From Chiloscyllium plagiosum (taxonomy: Eukaryota): a stretch of DNA of 20,000 nucleotides. A model generated the notes under the pieces. It worked only from the letters and a program-made list of their open reading frames with translations. It was not told the origin of the DNA and searched no databases. Each line of letters starts with the position of its first letter. Position 1 is the stretch's first letter. Location of the stretch: contig NC_057719.1 of assembly GCF_004010195.1 (NCBI RefSeq), positions 12,142,035-12,162,034 of the forward strand, in the 5' to 3' direction. The translations under genes and the position numbers were made by a program. This document shows positions 11,099-20,000 of the stretch, piece after piece.

Positions 11099-11132
11099 CT
11101 TTGCTTAATGATTTTTTCAAAAAGATCAAAAC
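11099..11132 (-). CDS. VIPAS39: VIPAS39 micro-exon, 34 bp, VLIFLKKSLSK(E)
   Basis: Acceptor atttcttacAG, donor AAG|GTATGT, phase 0/1. It continues ...NVITA-VLIFLK, and its last G plus the first AA of the next exon gives GAA (Glu). Confidence 0.93.
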
Positions 11133-11411
11133 CTGTAAGAAATAATTTGAGAAAGCTTTCGTAAATATTGACCCTAGTTACAATAAACATTAAAATCAGA
11201 TAATTAAACAAGCTTCTCTATCATCCGTGAGCGAAAAACTGAACGAATGCTGTTCAATAAGAATATAATTATCCCACTCACCTTCAAAATATTACATATA
11301 GTGGACAATCTGTATTACAAGCTCCTCACTACTTCACATCCTTCCTCCCCTCAAATGCCAACTTGCAAACTGAAATATAAATTCTTTACTTCATTGGCAT
11401 TGCAACCATCC

Positions 11412-11540
11412 TTCAGATGATTGTGAAGGAGCAGGGCTCCGAAAGCTAGAGCTTTCAAATAAACCTGTTGGACTATAACCTGGTGTTATGTGATTTTTAA
11501 CTTTGTACACCCCAGTCCAACACCGGCACCTCCAAATCAT
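11412..11540 (+). mobile_element. pLTR fragment of a second Penelope-like family with a decayed hammerhead motif
   Basis: tga-a-GGAGC-agg-GCTCC-GAAAGCTA: the stem and GAAA are present, the CTGA box is damaged. It is followed by aataaacctgttggactataacctggtgtt. Family assignment is from recognition. Confidence 0.65.
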
Positions 11541-11684
11541 GACTTTAAATTTTGTGATGACCCTGGGAATAGCCAGGCTTGATTTCTAGCACGTTAACCC
11601 AGTGACACTTTGTCATCATGGTCTGGGTATCATCTGGCTCACAGTTAAAAAACATATGTGGAGTATTAATTAACACCTCAGGTA

Positions 11685-11830
11685 TGCCTCATGCCTCCAT
11701 TTGTAAATACCTTTTCTTGTCCCTAATTGACCCCTTTTACCACCTATCTACTCCTTACCTGCTCATGGAGGCATTGGGATTTCCCTTTATGTTAGCCATG
11801 AATGTTTTTCTCATAACAACTCTGCTTTCA
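11685..11830 (-). mobile_element. Old CR1 internal fragment
   Basis: The reverse complement contains gctaacataaagggaaatccca (ANIKGNP), homologous to the IKENPK motif at about 1157-1175. Confidence 0.5.
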
Positions 11831-12131
11831 ACTTAACCAGGACGTTGTTGGGTGATCAGTCTCTGATTATGCATTGACTACAGCAGAACCAACTGAGTGG
11901 AGATACATATCTAAGGACATCAGATTTTGTCATGATTGCTGCACGGAGCCAAAGCACAGCAAGAACAATTTGTTCATACCTAAAATGCACCTTTAACACT
12001 GTGAAGCATCACAAAGCCCTTCGCAGCAGAGTCATGAAACAAAATTTGAGAACCAGCCACCAAAGAGCTCTTAGCTGAAAAATGTGTTGCTGGAAAAGCG
12101 CAGCAGGTCAGGCAGCATCCAAGGAGCAGAA

Positions 12132-12169
12132 GAATCGACGTTTCGGGCACAAGCCCTTCTTCACGAATG
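12132..12169 (-). ncRNA. Minimal hammerhead ribozyme motif with a C3-to-G core change
   Basis: The minus strand reads cattc-GTGAAGA-a-GGGC-ttgt-GCCC-GAAAC-GTC-gattc. Stem II is perfect and the first core base is altered. Confidence 0.68.
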
Positions 12170-12372
12170 AGGAAGATGTGCCAAGCAGGCTAAGATAAAA
12201 GGTAGGGAGGAGAGACTTGGAGGAGGGGCGTTGGGAATGCGATAGGTGGAAGGAGGGTAAGGTGAGGGTGATAGGCCGGAGAAGGGGTGGGGGCGGAGAG
12301 ATCGGGAAGAAGATTGCAGGTCAAGAAGGTGGTGCTGAGTCCAAGGGTTGGGACTGAGATAAGGTGGGGGGA

Positions 12373-12502
12373 NNNNNNNNNNNNNNNNNNNNNNNNNNNN
12401 NNNNNNNNNNNNNNNNNNNNNNNNNNNNNNNNNNNNNNNNNNNNNNNNNNNNNNNNNNNNNNNNNNNNNNNNNNNNNNNNNNNNNNNNNNNNNNNNNNNN
12501 NN
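12373..12502. other. Assembly gap (130 N)
   Basis: Run of N. Confidence 1.
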
Positions 12503-13033
12503 AGTGAGGGGGGAGGTGTGGGCGCAAGTTTTGCATTTCTTGCGGTTGCAGGGAAAGGTGCCTGGAGTGGAGGTTGGGTTGGTGGGAGGTGTGGACCTGA
12601 CGAGGGAGTCGCGGAGGGAGTGGTCTTTCCGGAATGCTGATAGGGGAGGGGAGGGAAGTATATCCTTGGTGGTGGGGTCTGTTTGGAGGTGGCGGAAATG
12701 ACAAAGGATGATACGATGTATCTGGAGGTTGGTGGGTTGCTTTTCCAGCAACACATTTTTCAGCTCTGATCTCCAGCATCTGCAGTCCTCACTTTCTCCC
12801 ACCAAATACCTCTTAAACAGATAAACAGGGAGCAGATAGTTGGGATAAACTGGTGAGCTTTAAGGTGCATCTGAAAAGAGGAGAGACACAGTGAGAGTGA
12901 GTGAGAAAAGTTTAAATATCCCAGTCAGGCCGAAATATCCCTAACACTCTCACTATTCTCCATCAGACTGAGATTCACACTGTATTCAGCAAAAGAAATC
13001 ATAAACCAAGTGGTGTTTCCAATAAGCACTCAC

Positions 13034-13126
13034 TGCAGTGATGACATTTCCATCGTGTGTACGAACAGCTTCATCCACGAGATGTAGTTTCTCATTCAAG
13101 GAGCGAAACCTCTCTAAGGAGTACAT
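13034..13126 (-). CDS. VIPAS39: VIPAS39 internal coding exon, 93 bp, [31 protein letters not shown]
   Basis: Acceptor tttgtttttcAG, donor GCA|GTGAGT, phase 0/0. SLERFRSL and HDGNVITA are motifs I recognise from VIPAS39. Confidence 0.96.
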
Positions 13127-13535
13127 CTGAAAAACAAATTGGTACACAATCAGCAAAAATAAATGCTGGTTTCATAAAGATAGAAACAATGTATGTGGAT
13201 GTGTGTAAATGTCAGAGAGGAAGAGGGCAACTACATTTCATTTAGTTCAAGCTTTCTCCAACTAATTTAAGTACTCTGTTTTCAATGTTTTCGTTCACAA
13301 CCTATTGGCTCTCTACTGCAACATGCCCCAGCAATTGGTTCACTACAATCAGTCATAGTTCTGGAGGTGAAGCAAGAATGAAACAATGTGACCAACAATC
13401 CCAGGAAATAAATCATCTGTGAATGTTGGTTAGTCTCAGCTATCATGGTCTCCACCCTACCCTACTATTCCATTCCCCCTGCAATCCCTCTTGAAAAGAA
13501 CGTTTCCTGTAGACACACAGCATCCTGCTTACACT

Positions 13536-14180
13536 TTATTTTTTATACTCACTCTTGGGATGTGGATGACATTAGCTGGCCAGCATTTATTACCCATGTC
13601 TAGGTGCCCTTGAGAAGGACAAGCTGTCTTCTTGAAATGCTGCAGTCCATGTGCTTAGCTAGATCCACAATGACATTAGGGAGGAAATTCCAGGATCTTG
13701 ACCCAGTGACACTGATGGATTGGGGTATATTTCAAAGTCAGGATGGTAAGTGGCTTGGAGGAGAACTTGCAGGAGGTGTTGTTCCCATGTATCTGCTGCG
13801 CTCACTTTTCTAAATGATAGTGGTCATAGGTTTGGACAATGGTGTCAACGGAGTCTTGATGAATTGCCATATTGCGTCTTTTAGACAGTAGGGGTCTCAA
13901 CTTCTTCAGTGTTGCTGGCACTGCATCCAATCAGGCAAATGGGGAATATTCCATCATACTTCTCACTCGTGCCTTGTAGATGGTGGACAGGTTTTAGAGA
14001 GTCAGGAGATTAGTTACTCACTGGACAATTCCTAGACTCTGACCTACTCTTGTATCACAATAGTTATATGGCTAATATTGTTGTTTATGATCCATGGTTA
14101 CCACTAGGATGTTCACTGTGGGGATACAGCAATGATCATGCCTTTGAATGGTTAGATTCTCTCTGGTTGGAAACGTTCGC
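13536..14180 (-). mobile_element. Family-B LINE 3' fragment including the RT C-terminal region
   Basis: The reverse complement translates to LSTIYKARVRSMMEYSPFA*LDAVPATLKKL, a CR1/L2-group thumb motif. The tail matches 1228-1530. Confidence 0.8.
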
Positions 14181-14300
14181 TGTGTCATAGATTTATAATG
14201 ACACTGGGGAAAGGGAGTGGCAAGTCCCTGGTGTCAATGACACTATATCACAAAGAAAGAAGTAGACTGCAAAAGAATCTTTGTCAGTATTTCACCATAC

Positions 14301-14357
14301 CCTGCCTTTCTGCATCTGTCTAACTGTCTCCAGTGGACTCCAATCAATTGAAATGTC
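14301..14357 (-). CDS. VIPAS39: VIPAS39 (SPE-39, VPS33B-interacting protein) internal coding exon, 57 bp, DISIDWSPLETVRQMQKGR
   Basis: Minus strand: acceptor ctttctcttcacAG, donor AGG|GTATGG, phase 0/0. The peptide matches the remembered vertebrate VIPAS39 segment DWSPxDTVRRLRKGK. Confidence 0.93.
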
Positions 14358-14469
14358 CTGTGAAGAGAAAGCAGGAAACTCAAGGTGAAGCACCAGTCAG
14401 AATCAAAACAGAACAAGCTACACAAAAACATAATGAGTTCGCAGCCAACTCCTTTAATGTCAAATCTTT

Positions 14470-14700
14470 CATTATTCATTGACAGGATGTGAATGTCGCC
14501 AGGAGGGCCGGTATTTCCTGCCCAATCCTAAATACTTTTGAGAAGATGGTGGTGAGGCACACTCCATTGTGTGTAGAATAGCTTCTTATTCCATATTTTG
14601 TCAATGAACTGAATTCAAATTTCCAATGGAGAGATCAGTGCTCTAGATCATTGGTTCAGGTGTTTGATAATTGTCCAGTAAAATAATCACCACATTACAA
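14470..14700 (-). mobile_element. Decayed, internally deleted SINE or family-B tail
   Basis: cctaaatacttttgagaagatggtggtgag is the family-B tail. It is followed by attcca...tgaattcaaatttcc and gtccagtaaaataatcacc, which look like the element's head. Confidence 0.5.
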
Positions 14701-15023
14701 ATGCCACAATAAGCAGCATTCATTAAAAATAAATTCTTAAAGGGCAAGGTATGTGGAAGAAAAGCACATTTCCACATATCTGTCTGTTGTTTATAGCCTA
14801 AAAACATTCAATGAATAGAAGTACAAATAATCATCATTTTTGTTGCTATGTCTAGCTTTGCTTTCTGTACTATTGTGGAGAAAAGATTCATCTTGAAGTT
14901 ATGCAGCACATTTATATTATTCTTCCATGGGATATGGGAGCCTCTGGCTAGGCCAGCATTTGTTGTCCATCCCTAAATGCTTTTCAACTGAATGGATTGC
15001 AAGGCCATTTCAGAGGACACAAA

Positions 15024-15256
15024 GAAATAATATAGAAATCACTGGAAAGACTCAGCAGGTCCGGGAGCATCTGTGGAGAGAAATCAGAGTTAATGTTTCG
15101 GGTCGAGTCACCCTTCTGGAGTTCCAAGGAAGGGTCACTCGATCAGATACATTAACTCTGACTGCTCTACACAAATGCGGCCAGACCTGCTTAGCTTTTC
15201 CAGCAAGTTCAATTTTTATCTCTGATTTATAATATCTGCAGTTCCTTCGGTTTTTA
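15024..15256. mobile_element. Palindromic pLTR-derived element of another Penelope-like subfamily with two inverted, decayed hammerhead motifs
   Basis: Arms at about 15042-15116 and 15129-15203 are inverted. The minus arm reads gaagggtgactcgacccGAAACatta and the plus arm ggaagggtcactcgatcagatacatta. The tail tctgatt...atctgcagttc matches the other pLTR tails. Confidence 0.8.
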
Positions 15257-15276
15257 CTTAAAGAGTCAACCACCTT

Positions 15277-15674
15277 ACTTCAGAATGGGGATAGACTGAA
15301 GAAGTTCGGACTGTATTCCTCAAGAGATGATTGAGAAAAGATTTGAAAGAGATTTTCAAAATCATAAGTGGGCTCGACAGAGCAGATCGGAAGAATCTGT
15401 TCCCGCTCATATAAGGAAGAAAATAAAAGAGGGCATAGATTTAAAGTGATGTGGAAACGCCCAAGGGTAATGTGTGAAAAAAGATTCATATGCTGAGCAA
15501 CGATATGGAATGCACTCCTTGAAAACGTGACAAAGGCAGGTTCAAGAGGGCACTGGATGATTATCTGGATAGAAAAGGTGTGCAGGGATATGGAGTAAAG
15601 GCAGCAGATTGGTACTAGGTAATAGAACTGATGCAGGAATGATGGGCCAAACAGCCTCCAGTTGAATGTTTCTG
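15277..15674 (+). mobile_element. CR1 3' fragment
   Basis: DRLKKFGLYS, DLKEIFKII, RGHRFKV and IWNAL motifs, with a tail containing gatgggccaaacagcctcc. Confidence 0.85.
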
Positions 15675-16166
15675 TAGATCTGCAGACACATACAGCACAG
15701 CCCATATGATGACAGCAAATTTCCTGCCCTAGTGGACACTAGAAAACCTGATGAGTTTTTACAATAATTGATGATAATTGTCAGTGTCAGCTTTGCAAAC
15801 GTTAATGCTGATGGCTCGGGTTAATTGATTGATTGAAGATGCAAATCTAAAGAAGAAACAAGCAGATCTCCATACACCTCAGCCAGAAGATCTGGGTTCA
15901 GGTCCCACCTGCCATAGAGGTATACCTTAACATGTCTGAACTGGTATACTGCATTTAATTTTATTTTAAGGTGGGGGTTTTGTTTGGGGCAGGTGGCAGT
16001 AAGTGCGGTAGAAGCTGGGTAACTAATGGTCACTAAATTCTACCCATAAAGAAAAGTTATCTTGAGTTGCATTCCTCAAACAGGCTTAGATCCAAGTTAA
16101 CATTGGTAGCAGAGGATGTTTGTCTAAAGGTGAAGATTGAGAATTAGGACTTTTACTTTTAACACA

Positions 16167-16656
16167 TTCTGTGACAGAGATCTTCAGTCATAATTTTTAA
16201 GATTGTTTTGGATAAGGAAAAGAAGGCCCGCAGATGGAAGTACTAACATGGAGGAAGACTTATTTCATTAATATTAGACAGAAATTAGGGAAGTTACATT
16301 GGGGGCAGTCGTTTGAAGGTAACTCTACATCGAAAACGTGGGAGTCTTTTAAGGGCCAGTTGATTAGAGTTATGGGCCAGCATGTTCTGTGAGATTGAAA
16401 GATAAGAATGGAAAGATTCAGGAATCCTGAATGACAAGACAGATTGAAATTGAATCAAAAAGAGAAAGGAAACATGTGTAAGCTACAAGGAACTGAAAGC
16501 AGACAAGGCCCTTAAGGAAGGAAAGGAAGCAGTAAAAATCTTAAACAAGAAATTCAGAGGGCTAAAAGGAACCAAATAATGTCCTGGACAAGTAGAATCC
16601 CAAAAGCCTGATGGGTCAAAGACCCTATTTCTGTGTAGTTTTCTATTCTTTATTCT
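16167..16656 (+). mobile_element. CR1 remnant: endonuclease-RT linker joined to a CR1 3' tail
   Basis: Colinear with 745-1170 (FKIVLDK, WESFKGQLIRV, KQEIQRAKR), then gatgggtcaaagaccctatttctgtg...ctattct. Confidence 0.75.
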
Positions 16657-16703
16657 TAGATGTGAGGCTATAATTTGAGTTACTTTTAATAATAACTGAA
16701 AGG

Positions 16704-17360
16704 TGTGATAATGCTTCTCCTTTAATAGGTTATTTTGTCCTTGTTTTCTATTTCAGAGAGATTGTAAAAGGCAGAGGCTCTGAAAAGTCTAAGTTTGAAG
16801 TGTTTTGGGGCAGTTTGATTATCGCTAACAGATACTGCCGGAGGCAAAAGGCTTTCAAGTTTATAAAAAACACTTGTATGATGAAAGGGGAGTGGCCAGT
16901 TCTCCCAGCTCAGCTCTTCTTTAGTTTTGGCAGTTTGGCTATTCCCTGAAAGCAGTCAGGCAGTTTGAGGCTGCTGGCCCAAGAAACTGCTAAATGAAAG
17001 AAGCAGTTCCATGCTGATCCCTCTCTTTGACTTCTCTCCTGTAAGACCTGTGTTTGATTTGACATTTTTAGCCAAGGGGGGTTTATGAGGATTGTTGCAA
17101 GTATTTGAAACAGCATCATTAAGTTGGGACGATCATTTGCATTTCTGGATAGGTTAAGTTATTCAATATTCTGTTCTTCTTTGTTTGTGTTTCATTCAGT
17201 AACCTTGGAAGTATATACTGTTTTGTTTAACAATAAGGGGTTTGACCAGCTGCATCTCTCCTGGAATATCCATATTACACCTGCTTAAAACGACTAGCAA
17301 AATTCAAGTCTGGGCTACATTCTTGAAATGTTTTGAGGGGATCTGGCCTAGTTCATAACA
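16704..17360 (+). mobile_element. Probable solo LTR of about 655 bp
   Basis: TG...CA termini (tgtgataatg ... cataaca), with aggtg directly repeated at 16701-16705 and 17361-17365, and no coding remnant. The 5' boundary is ambiguous (16704 or 16706) and the strand is tentative. Confidence 0.65.
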
Positions 17361-17431
17361 AGGTGTCAAGATAATATTTCCAGCACTGTTTCATGAAGCT
17401 GAAACCGATTATTATGAAAAAAATGAATTTA

Positions 17432-17756
17432 TTGGAGCGTAGGAGGTTGAGAAGAGAATCATGAAGCACATAGATAGTGTTAATGGTAGGTGTCTTTTCC
17501 CAGGATAAGGGATTTCAAGACTAGGCAGTACATTTTTAAGGTGATAGCAGAGTGATTTAAAGAAGACATGGGGGAAAATCTTTTACACAGAGGATTGTTC
17601 ACATATGGAATGAATTTCCTAAAGAAGTGGTGAATGCAGATACAGTTACAGCGTTTAAAAGACACTATGGAAGTATACGAATAGGATAGGTTTGGAGGGA
17701 TGTGGACCAGGAGCATGCAGGTGGGACTAGTTTAGTTTGGGATTCTGTACGGTATG
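17432..17756 (+). mobile_element. CR1 3' fragment, tail cut off by the next CR1
   Basis: LERRRLR, FTQRIVHIWNEFPKEVVNADTVTAFKRH and the start of the 3' UTR. Confidence 0.85.
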
Positions 17757-17868
17757 GAGCTTGTTCAAGGAACAGCTACTGCGTGTCCTTGATAAATATG
17801 TACTTGTCATGCAGGGAGGAAGTGGTCGAGCAAGGGAACCGTGGGTTACTAAAGAAGTCGAATCTCTT

Positions 17869-18187
17869 AGATTAGATTAAATTCCCTACAGTGTGGAAAC
17901 AGGCCCTTTGGCCCAACAAATCCACACCGACCCTCTGAAGAGTAACCCACTTCGACCCATTTCCCTCTGACTAATGCACCTAACACTATGGGCAATTTAG
18001 CATGGCCAATTCACCGGACCTGCACATCTTTGTGACTACGGGAGGAAACCAGAAAACCCAGAGGAAACCCACGCAGACACAGGGAGAATGTGCAAACACC
18101 GAACAGACAGTCGACCGAGGCTGGAATCGAACCTAGAACCCTGGTGCTGTGAAGCAGTAGTGCTAACCACTGAGCCACCGTGCCGCC
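17869..18187 (-). mobile_element. HE1-type V-SINE nested in the CR1
   Basis: Reverse complement of the 3094-3415 pattern. ctctt is duplicated at 17864-17868 and 18187-18191. Confidence 0.93.
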
Positions 18188-18568
18188 TCTTGTCAAGAGA
18201 CATGAAGATGAGACGTGAAGGCTCAGTTAGGGTGCACGAGTGTTACAGGTTAGCCTGGAAGGACTTAAAGAGAGAGCTAAGAAGAGACAGGAGGTGACAA
18301 GAGAAGTCTTTGGCAGGTAAGATCAAGGAAAACAGTAAAGCTTTCTGTAGCTATGTCAGAAATAAAAGAATGACTAGAGTATGTTTAGGGCCTGTCAAAG
18401 ACAGTAGTGGGAAGTTCTGTGTGGAGTCCGAAGAGATAGGAGAGGTGCTAAATAAATACTTTTCATTAGTAATCGCACATGAGAAAGACAATGTTGTCAA
18501 GGAGAGTACTGAGATACAGACTACTAGACTAGATGGGATTGAGGTGAATAAAGAGGTATTAACAATTC

Positions 18569-18898
18569 TGGAAAGTGTGAAAATAAATAAATCCCTGGGT
18601 CCGATTGGGATTTTTCCTAGAATTCTCTGGGAAGCTAGGGAGAAAATTGCAGAGCGTTTGGCTTTGATCTTTATGTTGTCATTGTCTACAGGAATAGTAC
18701 AGGAAGACTGGAGAATAGCAAATGTTGTCCCCTTGGAAAGTGTGAAAATAAATAAATCCCTGGGTCTGATTGGGATTTTTCCTAGAATTCTCTGGGAAGT
18801 TAGGGAGAAGATTGCAGAGCGTTTGGCTTTGATCTTTATGTTGTCATTGTCTACAGGAATAGTACAGGAAGACTGGAGAATAGCAAATGTTGTCCCCT
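18569..18898 (+). repeat. 165-bp in-frame tandem duplication inside the CR1 ORF2
   Basis: Units at 18569-18733 and 18734-18898 differ at three positions that I can see. The 55-aa repeat is visible in the ORF track. Confidence 0.95.
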
Positions 18899-19600
18899 TG
18901 TTCAAGAAGGTGAGTGGACACAACCCTGGTAATTATACACTAGTGAGCCTTACTTTGGTTGTGAGTAAAACGTTGGAAAGGATTATAAGAGATAGGTTTT
19001 ATAGAGATCTAAGAAACCTTATTGAGTTCTTGGAGAAGGTGACCAAACAGGTGGATGAGGGTAAAATGGTTGATGTGGTGTACATGAATTTCAGTAAAGC
19101 GTTTGATGAGGTTCCCCACGGTAGGCTATTGCAGAAAATACCGAGGCTTGGGATTGAGGGTGATTTAGTGGTTTAGATCAGAAATTGGCTAGCTGAAAGA
19201 AGATAGAGGGTGGTGGTTGATGGGAAATGTTCTTTCTGGAGTTCAGTTACTAGCGGTGTACCACAAGGATCTGTTTTGGAGCCACTACTGTTTACCATCT
19301 TTATAAATGACTTGGATAAGGGCGTCGAGGATGGGTTAGTAAATTTGTGGATGACACTAAAGTCGGTGGAGTTGTGGAAAGTGCAGAAGGGTGTTGCAGG
19401 TTACAGAGGGACATAGATAAGCTGCAGAGCTGGGCTGAGAGAGGCAAATGGAGTTTAATGCTGAAAAGAGTGAGGTGATTCACTTTGGAAGGAGCAACAG
19501 GGATACAGAGTACTGGGCTAGTGGTAAGATTCTTAGTAGTGTGGATGAATAGAGAGGAATCAGTCCATGTTCATAGATCCCTAAAAGTTCCCACCCAGAC

Positions 19601-19869
19601 TTTTAGATTAGAATCAGTCTAAACATTATGGCACAGACAGAGAACACAGGGGGCTAACACCTTCAACATATTGTCTAGCTAACACCAATTGTTACAGTTA
19701 ACCTGAGAATGCAACTCTTTTAAAAATGTTTTGTGATTTACACAGGAAAGAAGTGAAACTATCACGGTATTCGAACAGATGAAAGACTCAACAAACAATC
19801 AAGGTATTTTTCAATGTATATTTTCAGCTACATCACACTGTAAACTTTTGCTATAAATTCTGTGTCTTA
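19601..19869 (+). mobile_element. AT-rich repeat fragment, probably the 3' non-coding region of the Penelope-like family seen at 11412-11540
   Basis: It abruptly replaces CR1 sequence. From memory of shark repeats this segment precedes the gaaggagc..gctccgaaagcta pLTR; that link cannot be verified within the window. Confidence 0.45.
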
Positions 19870-19874
19870 TTGTG

Positions 19875-20000
19875 TCTAGTAACTATAGGCCGGTGAGTCT
19901 CACTTCTGTTGTGGGCAAAGTCTTAGAGAGAATTGTAAGGGATAGGATTTATGAACATCTGGATAGGAATAATGTGATCAAGGATAGTCAGCATGGTTTT
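19875..20000 (+). mobile_element. 5'-truncated young CR1, start of the RT domain, running off the window
   Basis: Open frame SSNYRPVSLTSVVGKVLERIVRDRIYEHLDRNNVIKDSQHGF. Confidence 0.9.

Larger units (their letters stand above)
12074..12798 (-). mobile_element. Younger Penelope-like insert: pLTR plus linker/EN remnant on the minus strand, closed by an inverted 60-bp pLTR end
   Basis: Perfect 27-bp inverted repeat (12073-12099 and 12739-12765) and a 33-bp tail. Translation gives PLSAFRKDHSLRDSLVRS...GTFPCNRKKCKTCAH. Flanks ccaccaaagagctctta and ccaccaaatacctctta match at 15/17. Confidence 0.9.
11960..12915 (-). mobile_element. Decayed L2 LINE 3' end split by the Penelope insert at 12074-12798
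   Basis: gcacctttaacactgtgaagcatcacaaagcccttc...aaacaaaatttga continues after the insert with tttaaggtgcatctgaaaagaggagaga. It is the reverse-complement counterpart of the tail at 7180-7240. Confidence 0.55.
14915..15900 (-). mobile_element. SINE with a family-B LINE tail, interrupted by a Penelope fold-back and a CR1 fragment
   Basis: ggccagcatttgttgtccatccctaa...ggccatttcagagg, then gagtcaaccac, then aaatttcctgccctagtggacactag...gtttttacaa. These blocks are colinear once the two inserts are removed. Confidence 0.65.
17757..19600 (+). mobile_element. Decayed CR1 LINE ORF2 (linker plus RT), truncated at both ends
   Basis: The ORF at 18310-19176 gives IKENSKAF, DWRIANVVPLFKK, PGNYTLVSLT and VDVVYMNFSKAFDEVPH. 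Downstream are [21 protein letters not shown] and QMEFN. Stops, frameshifts and a deletion of the SQHGF segment are present. Confidence 0.93.

Noticed and set aside
12161..12805. Several overlapping ORFs of 117-214 aa
   Set aside because: They are inflated by the 130-N gap and by low-complexity C/G-rich Penelope sequence.
15926..16037. Possible further VIPAS39 exon (open frame with AG and GT on the minus strand)
   Set aside because: The peptide (..TISYPASTALTATCPKQNPHLK..) shows no resemblance to the expected upstream VIPAS39 sequence, and the splice signals are weak.
18310..19176. 288-aa ORF as a functional or domesticated reverse transcriptase
   Set aside because: It has an internal duplication, lacks the SQHGF segment, and stops before the PQG and FADD motifs.

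Overview
Repeat-rich vertebrate genomic DNA, almost certainly from a cartilaginous fish (inferred from the HE1-type SINEs, CR1/HER1-type LINEs and Penelope-like elements). The window lies inside a host gene on the minus strand that the ORF track misses. Five short GT-AG exons (57, 93, 34, 103 and 28 bp) splice in phase to a stop-free 105-aa segment recognisable as VIPAS39/SPE-39. The introns hold nested retroelements: two large decayed CR1 copies, several CR1 fragments, four HE1 SINEs, a second LINE family with a related SINE, an L2 tail, a probable solo LTR, and several Penelope-like inserts. The Penelope inserts are fold-back structures with terminal-repeat (pLTR) ends and 12-17 bp flanking duplications, and they carry degenerate minimal hammerhead ribozyme motifs. 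One 160-bp fold-back has its apex exactly at the predicted ribozyme cleavage site. There are two assembly gaps, both inside Penelope arms. No prokaryotic-type system, CRISPR array or intact autonomous element is present. Family names come from recognition, not from database searches.
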